A DNA stretch of 61,770 nt. Origin: Octopus bimaculoides (Eukaryota). This document shows, piece by piece, positions 49,194 to 61,419 of the stretch. The stretch lies in contig NC_069006.1 in the NCBI RefSeq assembly GCF_001194135.2, positions 12,153,630-12,215,399 of the forward strand. Reading direction: 5' to 3'. Both the position numbers and the translations under genes were made by a program. Below the pieces are notes generated by a model. It did no database searches and was not told where the DNA came from. It saw only the letters and a list, made by a program, of their open reading frames with translations. Each line of letters starts with the position of its first letter. Positions within the stretch are counted from its first letter, which is position 1.

Positions 49194-49950
49194 CTTTCTC
49201 TCTTTCTTTAGCACTTCTTTCTTTTTTCTTTCTGTCTTTGCTTCTTTTTTTTTTTGTTTGTTTCTTCCTTCCTTCCTTCCTTGTCGTCAATCAAAGAGTC
49301 TGCGATGAGAGGAAGGAGGAGGAGGAGGGAGAAATGAGTGAGCAATGATGTTTCTGCAGAAACATGCCTGCTAAGCAGTCTCCAGCGCGGCAAACTGTGT
49401 TTATGGTAAGAAGAGATGAAGGAAGTGATCAGCGGAGGATGATGGTGGTAATGATGATGGATGGTGGTGTTGTGGTGGCAGTCTGCTGCTAGTGTTGTGT
49501 GTGTGTGCTGTATATGTGTGTGCCTGTGCTGTATATGTGTGTGTCTGTGTTGTCGCTAGAGGTGTGATTATGTCACCATTGGGTCTGACTGGCTGTGATA
49601 CCAGCATCAGGTTTGATTGGTAATTTGAGGAGATGATGAGGTGGTGAGGGGGCAGTGTTAAAGTGAGTGAGAGAGAGATGGAGGGTTAGTGTGAGAGAGA
49701 GAAAGAGGGAGAAAATAGTGTCAAAGACAGAGGGGAGAGATGATTGTCTGTGAGAGGGAGGGGTATGTGTGAGAGAGGGAAGTGGAGTGAGGTAGAGAGG
49801 CAGTCAGATATGAGCAATATTTAGGAGGAAGGAAACTTGGAGATAGAAATGAAGTATAGTAGAACGGAGAGTGAGGTGTGAGTAAAAGTAGTGTGATTAA
49901 GGCAAACATTGGAGGCTAGTGTGTGTGTGTGTGTGTGTGTATGTGTGTAA
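49194..49950 (-). promoter_or_regulatory. Putative 5' UTR/promoter of the neprilysin-like gene
   Basis: Non-TE-looking, relatively GC/CpG-richer segment with GA-, CA- and CT-microsatellites directly upstream of the inferred ATG. The TSS cannot be located from sequence. Confidence 0.35.
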
Positions 49951-50959
49951 AATGATGCATTAACGACATCAACAGGAGTGTTGGAGGTTTAAATAACCTG
50001 TGAAAAGATATCATACATTGTCTTCTGATCTGTCAGTTTCTGGTTATATGTGTGTGTCTCTCTCTCTCTCTCTCTCACACACACTTTAATGTGATATAGT
50101 GAGAGTCAGTCAGTGTGCAGTATATCAGGTGTGTATAGTAGAGGTGGTGATATTGTTAGATATGTGCAGTATGTCAGATATGTATAAAGGTATGCTGATG
50201 TTGTTGGTGACAGTTGTTAGCCTCTGTGTATGTGTGTATCCATTCCATCACATTGCACAGTAATGATGAGGGACAGACTGACTTTAGTTAAGCCTCACAA
50301 CACTAATTATTGTTATGACAGTCACAGTTATTATTCAACCATTGACCACACTCTATCACCTCTTTCTTTTATCAGCTATTTCTTTTTCTTCTTTCTTTCT
50401 CTACCACCTCTCCTCTCACCATCATACCTCTCCCATAACACTACCACCCTCCCTCACCATGTACTTACCTGTGCACTCAAACCTTTCTTCCTCTGTCAAT
50501 AGTAGCGGTGTGGAGATGCAAGGGAGGAGACAAGTATATTACACACTTCAGGGAGAAAGAGAAATGGTAATCTAGTGCAGATAGTGTTGTAGTGATATGT
50601 GGTGACCTGGTAGTGTGGTTATAGTGGTCTAGTGCTGGTATAATGAGGTCTGGTGGTATGGTTGATATTTGATGAATAGGAGTGGTGATGTGGTTATGGC
50701 AGTTGTGTTGAAGTAGTGGAAAAGGTGGTTCTGTTGATTCTTTAACAATCTCTTCCATTTATTTTTCCTTGCATACTCTCAACTTTTCCTCCCCACTATC
50801 TCTGAACTCTCACTCTTCATTTCTCTCTTTTACATCCTTCTTTCCACTCTTGCCAGTATCTTCACACATCCTGTCATTTTCCCATCGATATGATCATGCA
50901 ACTAAATGGGGTCTGAATTTGCAGTAGACAAAATCTTAATCTAAATTTCACTTCAACTT

Positions 50960-51400
50960 GATATTACTTAAGTGTATAAGACTTCTTGAGGGTCTCTTTA
51001 ACATACCAAAATTTAATCTAAGAGTTGTCAATGCATGGAATGAAGATGAATCCAGGTTGTGCTCAAACTATCTTTTTGCTAGAAGAGAATGCTCATTGTT
51101 ATTAGTTTCCAACAACATGTTTATCATATTCTCCCTTCTAGACTTCCTTTGGAATCATGGCCTATTCTGGTATTGAAGTCCTAAAGATGGTAAGTTCTAT
51201 GAGGTTGTGAAAATCAATATAACACTTTTCCTCATCTGCAGAATTTGCTTGAAGAATAGGGTTGTGCACACTGAAGAATGTCGTATGCTGCTTGACTGGA
51301 ATAGGGAAGTGCATGGAGATGATGCAGTCAGTGAGCTATAGGCAGGTTTTCAAGCCTTAAGACAGTGAAATTTCTGATCAAAAAGCCAAGTCATTAGAGG
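50960..51400 (-). mobile_element. Degenerate RTE-type AP-endonuclease fragment
   Basis: Minus strand gives 'TFFSVHNP..ADEEKCYIDF', 'DFNTRIGHDS' and 'NNNEHSLL..HNL', resembling the APE motifs VYAPT / GDFNARVG / NG.LL. Confidence 0.5.
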
Positions 51401-53036
51401 GAATAGTTGGTGTTATTCTCTTGAAGCCATTATAATCATGTTCACTCCTGCTCTGAATTAATGCACTTCTAGATGGGTCAAGAGACAATCTTTTGTTCAT
51501 ATTTTCTGTTTTGGTAAGTTTCTATGGCTAGATATCCTTTACAGAGTGTACTGGGTGGATTTTATTGCCCACTTTACAGAGTGTATTGGGTGGATTTTAT
51601 TGTGGTAACAGCAGTATTGAGGTTGGCTTGTACCCCACAAGATAAAAGAGACCTCTCTACTCTATGAGGCCTATTTGTTTAGGGCTAGGAGACTAACAAA
51701 ACAGAGCAACTGCTAAGGTGATCACCTGGGTAACAGCTACTACCTATTTCCAGTCAGTCTTCTAAGCATTGAGAAAAAGTATTTCCTATGTAACCTTAAT
51801 GCTAATTTCCTCTGTGCACCTGAAGTCTACATTCTGTTAGCCTGCTGTGATGTCACTATGCCACTTATTTCTGCATTATTAGTTTACACAAAGTACACTA
51901 TATGGAATTTCTACCTACTCCGTGTGTATGATAGAAGATGAAGAAAGATTTTCATTCTTCTATTGACTGAATCGAGCATGGCTATGAATGTTTCACACAT
52001 CCCATTTATTTTAGGGTTTGTGTAGCATTGTTCTATCATAATGTCTTTGAAAACAGTTGAGACCTAGTGGGGCGAGTCACTGTTTCTTACAGGAATATAG
52101 TAAAGCTGCACTAAAAAAATTTGTTTGAGAGTTTCGACCAAAGTCTCTTACTTGATAACTGTCTCTATTAACAGACAATCCTGTTAATGGTTCAATGGAT
52201 GAGTTTATTTGTAGCTATTCAACCTATATCATATCTTAGTGTTCTTAAGAGCACAGTACATTGCTTATACACCATCTTGAAAAAAAAGAGAAGACAAAAT
52301 TGTCAATGCTGGAATGTCTTTAATATGAGGTCTGTTAGATCACAGTTGACTTGGGGCTTAGCAACAACTGTCACTGATCTTTATTATGCAAGCTTGACAA
52401 ATGTTTTAGCTGAAGACTAGATTTGACTGATTGGTAAAGAATTAGTTACCAACACACTTTGACCTCTTGCTCACAGCAATACTGTATTCTCATTCTGCCT
52501 CTCCAACAATGGCTACATCAGCCTCTGCTCTTCTGAGCAAGGCTGATACATACCATGTCTACACCAGCCTATCACACACATTAGTCTCTCTTCATCCATA
52601 CTATGATCTCACCCTTGTTATGCCCAATCATTTTGCCACAGAGGCTTCATCAACTCTGGAATTTCCTGTAGTAATTCATTTACATCAATTTTCCCAGCAG
52701 TCTGGCAGTAGAACTTGTCATCATGGCCATCTTCCTCCTCACTAAGCTACTAAACAAAAACATCATAGCTGGCTAACTATCCATCCATTCACCAATTAAT
52801 ACATCCATCAGTCAACTTATCCAGCTATCTGTCTGTATATATATCATCATCATCATTTAACTTCTGTGTTCTATGCTTGCATGGGTGGGACATTATATAT
52901 NNNNNNNNNNNNNNNNNNNNNNNNNNNNNNNNNNNNNNNNNNNNNNNNNNNNNNNNNNNNNNNNNNNNNNNNNNNNNNNNNNNNNNNNNNNNNNNNNNNN
53001 NNNNNNNNNNNNNNNNNNNNNNNNNNNNNNNNNNNN

Positions 53037-53115
<79 letters not shown>

Positions 53116-53778
53116 CTCTCTGTCTAGCTAGCTAGTTAGTTATCCATCTAGCTATCTGTTCATTTATCCAATTATCTCTTCATTTAGTTATTCCTCCTTC
53201 TAGCTATTTGTCCATTGGTCTACTTATTCCTCTCTCCATCTAGATATCTCTTCATCAAGTCATCTATCCAGTTGTCCATCTATCCCTCTAGCTATGAACT
53301 GTCTGTCCATTCACCTACCTATCTGTCCAACTGTCTGTCCATTCACCTAAGTATCTATCCAACTGTCTGTCCATTCACCTAGCTATCTATTCAACTCTCT
53401 GACTGTTTATCCATCTGTGTCTAACCATCTGCCCATCTATCTAGCTATATATCTATCCATAAGCTATTCATCCATCTGTTTTGCAACTTACCCATCTACA
53501 TAGTTATCTATCCTCCTAGCTAACTACCTGTCTATCGCTACCCCTCTATTTACGTATCCATCTTCCTATCTATCCAACTATTTATTCATCTTTTTATTCA
53601 GTTATTTATCTGTCTACCTGTCTGTCTATCCATCAAGCTATATACATTTATATATATTCGTATCCATATAGTTATCCATCTATTTATGTCTACCCATCTA
53701 TCTATCCATCAAGCTTTATGTATATATATACCTGTATAGTTATCCATCTATTCTCATATATATATATATATATATATA

Positions 53779-54520
53779 ATGTTTCTTTATTGGCCACACA
53801 GGGCTGAATACAAAGTAGAGCTTTTCTTTTTGGGAAGAAGAAGAGAAAAAAAAAAGTGGGTTGAATTTCTATCAAAAGGGATCGTGGAAAAAGGAAAAAA
53901 GCCAATCAATAGGGATCGTGTATCACAGAAATGTTAATGTAACAAGGGAAAGCAGATTAGGTTTATCTGTGGAAAGAAAAGCCTATGGAAAAGACCACGG
54001 TAACTCTGGGCAATAATGTCATGCAAAAAAAAAAAGAAACACATTACAGTAAGTGACTCTTTTTTCCTTTCTTTTTTTGGTTCATAGGATTATGCTCTGC
54101 CATCCTTGCTTCATTCACCCATCTTTTTTTGAAACAGTCACTAGACAAGACTTCCCTCTCTACTCTCACCTTCCTTTTCAAGTGATACTTGAAGAAATTG
54201 ATGAGAGATTGACCAGAGAGGAAAGTGTTTGTCTCTAGACCTTTCAGATATGTCCACCATACACATTCTTTCGCCATAGCCACAAGTATGATGAAAATGG
54301 CTCTTCCTTCCCGTTTCAAGGAAGGAGGCACGACAATATTCACGATAGACTTGGTTGTTAAACCGACTCATGCCACAAGCGATAGCAGTCGTTCGACATA
54401 GACCCACAGGTCGGAAATGGTTGGACATTATAAGTGTGTGCAGGACAGTTTCGTCGCTCTGACTGCATCTCGGGCAGGTCAACCCCATGTTTCTCGAGCC
54501 ATGCCTAAACAAACATCATA
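53779..54520 (-). mobile_element. L1/Tx1-clade LINE 3' fragment
   Basis: CPRCSQSDETVLH (zf-RVT-type), then 'AKECVWWTYLKGLETNTFLSGQSLINFFKYHLKRKVRVERE..KRWVN'; the 3' UTR ends aataaagaaac in (TA)n. Confidence 0.85.
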
Positions 54521-54675
54521 ATGTATATTGAATGTAAAAATAAACGTGAGACAAACAGAAAGTCCATAATCCTTCATCAGTTATCAACCAATGATACTGT
54601 TCAGTTTCTCACCTTTAACTATAAGACTAAGTGCTTCCCAATTGGCGGTGCACTCAAAAAAAGTTTTCTTGCATA

Positions 54676-54821
54676 GAATTAAGGACAAGAGCAAACAAAA
54701 CAAAACAAAATGACAGAGTATGATTTAGGATGTTCAACTGTTTGTCCTCGTCCACCGTCCTAAATCACATTCTGTTGTTTTACTTGTTTTGTTTCATTTT
54801 GTTTGCTCTTGTCCCTAATTC
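54676..54821. repeat. ~146-bp imperfect palindrome (MITE-like)
   Basis: gaattaaggacaagagcaaacaaaa pairs with ttttgtttgctcttgtccctaattc, and inner tgatttagga pairs with tcctaaatca. Confidence 0.85.
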
Positions 54822-54949
54822 TCGCTATGTATACACACATATACACTGACAAATCTATTCAGCCAAACCATCCGAGTGATGAAGTAGGAACTGCTGTCAA
54901 GTCTACAAAAGATAGGCAAAACTAATCTTGTTCAGTATATATATATATC

Positions 54950-56179
54950 TGAGGGGGTACCCAGTAGAAACCAGAATTTTGCAATATTATTTTATTCACT
55001 TAGTTTTACATGTTAACACTTTTATCACTTCCAAAGTATTCTCCTTTCGAAGCAATGCATCGGTTCAGATGCGTTTTCCACTGTTCGAAGCAGTCCATTT
55101 AATGCCTTGATTATTTTTTCTTTCACCTCTTCTACATCTGCAAAACGTTTTCCTTTAAGGACTCTTTTCATTCAGGGGAACAAAAAAATGTCACAGGGTG
55201 CAAGATCAGGTGAATAGGGTGGGTGGGTAAGTGGGGTCATGCCATTTTTGGTCAAAAACTGTCTCGCACTTCGGTGTGCACAGGCACATTGTCATGATGA
55301 AACCACCACTCTCCACTTTGCCACAGATTGGGGAATTTTCATCTCATTGCATCTCGCAAACACTTCAGAACTGCCAAGTAAAGTTTCTGGTTAACTGTTT
55401 GACCAGGAGGAACAAATTCTGTTTAGACAATTCCTTTCACATTGGACTTCACTCGGAGCGCTTTTGGGGGTGCATGGTGACATTGAATGCTTCCATTGAC
55501 TTGATTGCTGCTTCATTTCCAAGTTGTAGCCATAGCACTAGCTTTCATTACCACTGATGACCTTCAAAAGAAGGTCCGGATCAACTTCCAACTGTTCTTT
55601 CAGTTCACAACACACATTCAGTTGTGACTGCTTTTGATCTTCCGTGAGCAAGCGCAGCACAAATTTTGCTGCAACTTTTTTCATTTGTAATTCTTTGCTC
55701 AAAATTCTTGGTAGGAACTCCAGGACACACCAGTCATATCAACAAGTTCATCAATTGTCCAGCGATGGTCCTCCAAGATCAGTTCAGGAATTTTTGAGTC
55801 AACAGTCACCTTGAATGAGGTTGGTCTTCAAGCAACAAGTGACCATTCATAAAGCATGAAAACCACTCATGATCTTATGTTTTGCTCATGGCAGCAGCTT
55901 TGTAGACTGTTTGAAGCAGGACAACTGTTTTGGCTGCCGTTTTCCCAAGCAGAAAACAGAATTTCATAGAAACTCATTGTTCCTTCAGTTCAGCCGTCAC
56001 AAAAATCGACAAACAAGGACCATGTGGCAGTATGATGTCACTTAATGATGTCACTCAATGATGCCAGCCAGCAGAATGATGCCTCAGGGTTACATCAGTG
56101 GCTCCTAGCGGCAGAAGTCTGAATTACAACTGGCTTGCCTCAGAGAGAATGTTTCTGGTTACTTTTGGGTACCCCCTCG
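54950..56179 (-). mobile_element. Degenerate near-full-length mariner (DD34D) transposon
   Basis: TIRs TGAGGGGGTACCC...AACCAGAA / TTCTGGTT...GGGTACCCCCTCG|TA. Minus-strand motifs VISGNES*CYGY, HHDNVPVH and HPPYSPDLAPCD are present with stops and frameshifts. Confidence 0.9.
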
Positions 56180-56257
<78 letters not shown>

Positions 56258-56408
56258 GCATTTTGTAGAGAGGCCATAGGCCAACAGGTTTTAGGGTCTG
56301 AAGAAACACTGTTAAGCTAAATGCGTTATGGACGTGAAACTCAGGATAACCCTATAGACCAGCCATATCTATCTTTATTTGTCTATCTATCTATCTATCT
56401 ATCTATCT

Positions 56409-57797
56409 GAGGACCAAAGACTTGAGGTATTTCGTGTTGCAAGATAGTGTGTGAGAGAGAATCGTGATGTCGTGGGAGAGAAACGTGTTCGCATGGATGA
56501 TGGTACGCTTGCACTAAACGAGGCTGCAAAGAAAGAGGTTTGGAGACGTCACTACAAAAGATTGCTCAATAAAGGGAATGAATGGGAGAAAGAGAGTCTG
56601 CTGAATGTCGACCCAACTGAGGGGCCAGCTATCCAAGTTGACAGTACCATGGTAGATAAAGCAATTAAGAGTATGAAGACAGGGAAGGCCCCCGGCCCAT
56701 CAGGAATCACTGCAGAGATGCTCAAAATATCTGGCAGTGTTGGCTATAGCCTAGTCACCCGTATTGCAAACCAGATGATACATGAAGGAGTCATACCCAA
56801 TGACTGGTGTAGTAGCACCTTAATCAACTGTTACAAAGGTAAAGGTGACGCTTTAGATACAAATAATTACAGAGGTATCAAGCTGTTAGATCAGGTAATG
56901 AAAGTCACGGAGAGGGTCATAGCTCAACTACTTAGGGAACGAGTCAGTTTAGATGAGATGCAGTTTGGGTTCATTCCTGGGAAAAGCACCACTGATGCTA
57001 TGTTTCTGGTAAGACAGCTTCAGGANNNNNNNNNNNNNNNNNNNNNNNNNNNNNNNNNNNNNNNNNNNNNNNNNNNNNNNNNNNNNNNNNNNNNNNNNNN
57101 NNNNNNNNNNNNNNNNNNNNNNNNNCCTTCGAACATTGGGCCTCACCGAGGCGATGACTTCTGACCAAGACCTTTAGAAATATGCTATGCGTGAGATGAC
57201 CCGGCAAGCCAAGTGAGACCTAAATCCAAGGCCTCTGCCAGAGGTGTAGCCAGCCCACTTATGCGTACCTTTCCTTCATTGGACACTAAACTCTGCTTGC
57301 GAAGACCTGTTGAGGCAAGTGAAATCGAAATCGAACTAAATTCGACGACTCGCACCCATGCCAATGTCGTCTCCTTCATTGGACACGAAACTCAGCTTGC
57401 GAAGACCTGTTGGGGCAAGCGAAAGCGAAATCGTGATGGCACCTGTGCCCAGCGTCGCCTTTCAGGCACTTGTGCCCACAGCATGTGTAAGGACTTTCGA
57501 GTGAGATCGTTACCAGTGCCCCTGGACTGGCTCTTGTGCGGGTGGCACATAAAATACACCATTTTGAGCGTGGCTGTTACCAGTATCGCCTGACTGGCCT
57601 TCGTGCCAGTGACATGTAAAAGCACCTACTACACTTTCGGAGTGGTTGGCGTTAGGAAGGGCATCCAGCTGTAGAAAGTCTGCCAAATCAGATTGGAGCC
57701 TGGTGTAGCCATCGGGTTTCACCAGTCCTCAGTCAAATTGTCCAACCCATGCTAGCATGGAAAGCGAACGTTAAACAATGATGATGATGATGATGAT
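56409..57797 (+). mobile_element. RTE-clade LINE (RT N-terminal part, gap, 3' UTR, (GAT)n tail)
   Basis: Open frame with GKAPGPSGITAEMLK, YKGKGD..NYRGIKLL and QFGFIPGKSTTDA. After a ~100-N placeholder gap come the ORF end and a 3' UTR ending gttaaacaatgatgatgatg. Flanked by (TCTA)n. Confidence 0.92.
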
Positions 57798-59437
57798 ATA
57801 TATCCATCTGATCCTCTATCCAGTTATCTACCTGCCTAGCCATTTATATGGTTGCAATCCATCTGTTCATTTAGGTATTTATGCAGGTCTCTGGGTATCC
57901 ATCCGGCCATCCTGCTAGCAATCCATCTTTTTATCCATACATCTGGCAGCTACCCATCTATGTAGCCACACATCTGGCAAATTATCCATGAAGCTATCTC
58001 GTTATCTATTAATTCATCACCCTTTCTAGTTACCTGTTCCTCTCACTGACTAACTGTCCATCATGCTGGCTACCTTTCTGTCTGGCTAATATTTGATCCA
58101 GCTAATTATCCACCTATCTATCCACCCATTTGATTACCTAACTATCTGCCTATCCATCCATTCTCCAAGCTATCTATCTATCCACCTATCCATCCATTTA
58201 TCCATCCACCTAGCTACTTATCCATTTGTCCATCTGGCTAGCTATTCATCCATCTATCTTTTTGTCCATCAATCTGATAAGTTTTCTATCCATGCAACAT
58301 GTTATCTAGCCACCTGTCTATCATCCATCCATCCAACTGTTTATGTAACCACTTGTCTATCCATCCATCCATCCATCTAGCTAGCTACCCATCTATCCAT
58401 CAGGCTAGCTATCTACATGTTTACCCATCCATCTAACTCACTAGCTATGCACTTGTCTGTCCATCCATCCATCCATCCATCCATCNNNNNNNNNNNNNNN
58501 NNNNNNNNNNNNNNNNNNNNNNNNNNNNNNNNNNNNNNNNNNNNNNNNNNNNNNNNNNNNNNNNNNNNNNNNNNNNNNNNNNNNNNNNNNNNNNNNNNNN
58601 NNNNNNNNNNNNNNNNNNNNNNNNNNNNNNNNNNNNNNNNNNNNNNNNNNNNNNNNNNNNNNNNNNNNNNNNNNNNNNNNNNNNNNNNNNNNNNNNNNNN
58701 NNNNNNNNNNNNNNNNNNNNNNNNNNNNNNNNNNNNNNNNNNNNNNNNNNNNNNNNNNNNNNNNNNNNNNNNNNNNNNNNNNNNNNNNNNNNNNNNNNNN
58801 NNNNNNNNNNNNNNNNNNNNNNNNNNNNNNNNNNNNNNNNNNNNNNNNNNNNNNNNNNNNNNNNNNNNNNNNNNNNNNNNNNNNNNNNNNNNNNNCTGGC
58901 TAGCTATCCATATATCTTCCTTGCAATCCACCTGTCTATCCACCCATCGATTTACCTGTCTATCAGTCTGTGTAGCTAGCCATACATCCATCCATCTAGC
59001 TATCCATCCTTCCATCCGTCTTACTAGCTATCCATATGGCCATCCATCAATTGTCACTTATCTGTCTATCAATCTCTATCCATCCATCAATCTCTTCATC
59101 CATTTTGGCTATCCATCCATCTACCAAACTATCAGTCCATCCATCTATCCTCCTGTCCATCTATCCTCCTGTCCATCTATCCTCCTGTCCATCTATTCTC
59201 CTGTCCATCTATTCTCCTGTCCATCTATCCTCCTGTCCATCTATCCTCCTGTCCATCTATCCTCCTGTCCATCTATCCATCTGTGTATCTCTCTATCCAT
59301 CTGTCTGTCTATCAATCTATCCATCTGTTTGGCTATCTATCCATCTGTCTATCTATCTATCTATCTATCCAACCTATCTCTCTATCTATCTCTCTATCCA
59401 ACCATCTGTCTGTCTGTCTGTTCGTCCATCCGTCCGT

Positions 59438-60521
59438 CCAGCAATAGGCTGAGTGGAATCTATCTCTAAAATGGTCAGGCTGAGGTAGCGAATGCACACA
59501 TTGCATCCATCATCTACTACCATCTGACTGCCATGCCTTGTCCCAACCCTACCATCATGAAACTGGAATGCATACTCTTCTGCTTTTTATGGGAAGGAAG
59601 CATTCCAATAGTCAGGCAATTAATTTGCTGTCAACATCTGCTATCAACATCTGCTAAATGGAAGGCTGGGTATGCCAGGGTTGATGGTGTGCAGACATGT
59701 GCTGAGACTGTGACATCTCTAGCATTTCATAGATGATGGTGAACAGGTCTGGTCGCCTTTTGTGAGACGCTCCTTCCCACAGCTTGTCTCATTGACTGAA
59801 CTGCAATCATGAATCAAGCAGAGACTGAGGCTGGGCGAATGGCACTGCGAGTGTCACTATGCTCTCCAGCAGCTCTCCCGTCCAGGATCAAACTTGTGTG
59901 ATTTCAATTCCACCAAAGCATTCTGTAGAGGTTTAGTGGAGGGGAGGTGTGACATGAATATTGCCCCGTTACCTTCCTTTAACCAGGCAGGCAAGGCAGT
60001 TTTCATTGTACTGGTGGCTATGGTGAAAGAATATGTTTGGTGGACTCGTTTTAAAGGTTTAGAGACAAACACTTTCCTCTCTGGCCAACCTGTCATCAAC
60101 TTTTTCAAGTATCCCTTGAAAAGGAAGGTGAGAATAGAGAGGGAAGTTTTGTCTAATGAAAAGTTTAACAAAAGGTGGGTGAATGTGGCAAGGATGGTAT
60201 GCATGAATGACAGAACTACCTTGAGCATGATCTTATAAAACAAAGAGAGAAAGAGTGCTTTGCTCTCATATTTTTTTTTTTCGTTTTCAAGGTTACTGTG
60301 GTTCTTTTTCATAGGTTTTTCTTTCCATGGATAAATCTAGTCCTAGTCAATGTTATATTTACTGCCCCTTTTGGGAACTCTTATTGTTAAAAACAACACT
60401 TTTGTTATTTCCATGTGTACACATCCCAAAACGTTTTTGATCCCTTTTGATCATTCTCAAAAAAACAATTCTGCATTGCATTGTCCCCTCTGTGTTCAGC
60501 CCTGTATGGCTTATAAAGAAA
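59438..60521 (+). mobile_element. L1/Tx1-clade LINE, 5'-truncated and internally deleted, CpG-decayed
   Basis: 'VANAHIASIIYY..KLECILFCFLWEG', then a jump near 59951 to 'MNIAPLPSF..VWWTRFKGLETNTFLSGQ..KRWVN'; lacks the zf-RVT present in the 53779 copy. Confidence 0.85.
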
Positions 60522-60631
60522 TCTATCTTTCTATCCATCCATCCATTTGACTTGCAATCTGTTCATATATCTGTTTCTCTATTCATTAATCTGAATATCT
60601 ATCCATCCATTCATCTGACTATCTATCCATC

Positions 60632-60976
60632 CAAAAGGAAGGTGAATGTAGCAAAGATGGTACGCATGAATGTTGGACCCACTTTGAACATGAACCTATA
60701 AAACAAAAAAGAGAAAGGACGTTTTGCTCTCATGTTTATTTTTCTGAGGTTACCATATTTTTTTTTTTTATTGTAGGTTTTTCTTTCCATAAATAACCCT
60801 AGTTAGTGTTATATTTTCTCCTTCTTTTGGGAATTTCTGTTGTTAAAACGTCACCTTGTTATCTCTTTGTGTACATGTCCTAAAAGGTTTTTGATCCTTA
60901 TTGATAGGTTTTGAAAAGAAAAATTATACATTGTATTGTCCCCTCTGTGTTCAGCCCTGTATAGCTTATAAAGAAA
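60632..60976 (+). mobile_element. L1/Tx1-clade LINE, short 3' end copy
   Basis: Homologous to 60170-60521 (KR.VNVA.M, 3' UTR, ends ttataaagaaa then tctatcc). Confidence 0.85.
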
Positions 60977-61419
60977 TCTATCCATCCATTCATCTATCTA
61001 TCCATCTATCTGATTGGCTAACCACCTACTGATACATCCATCCATTAAACTAGCTACCAATCTGTCCATCCATCTATCTATCTATCCATCTGGCTATCTA
61101 TCAATTTGTCTCTCCAACCATCTGACAATTTGTCTCTCCAATAATCTGACAAACTATCCATCCATCTATCTCACTAGCTATCTCACTCGATCTCACTAGC
61201 TATACATTTATCCATCTGGTAACATATCCATTCATCTGTCTATCTGTCCATTCATTTGACCAGCTATCTATCCATCTATCAGACATCCAACTAGCTATCT
61301 AGTTATCCATTGATTTATTTATCCATCCATCTTACTAGCTATTGATCCATTATTTGTGGTTAAATAAACACCTCTCTATCCATCTGGGTACCTATCCAAC
61401 CATCTATCTATCTGTCCGT

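Noticed and set aside
1745-52370. Orientation bias of the (AAC)n-tailed SINE family relative to the host gene
   Set aside because: My rough count is about 8 antisense to 4 sense within the gene, too few and too eroded to claim a bias.
56999-57130. Apparently internally deleted RTE (RT start adjacent to 3' end)
   Set aside because: The join is a ~100-N placeholder gap of unknown true size, so no deletion can be inferred.
57300-57430. Hammerhead-like CTGTTGAGGCAAGTGAAA motifs in the ~100-bp tandem units of the RTE 3' UTR (also near 21755)
   Set aside because: The essential A of CUGA is T in every copy, stem II is at most 2 bp, and stems I/III are not evident.
58093-59469. Long ORFs (up to 350 aa) rich in S/I/H/P/L
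   Set aside because: Translations of (TCCA/TCTA)n repeats and N runs.
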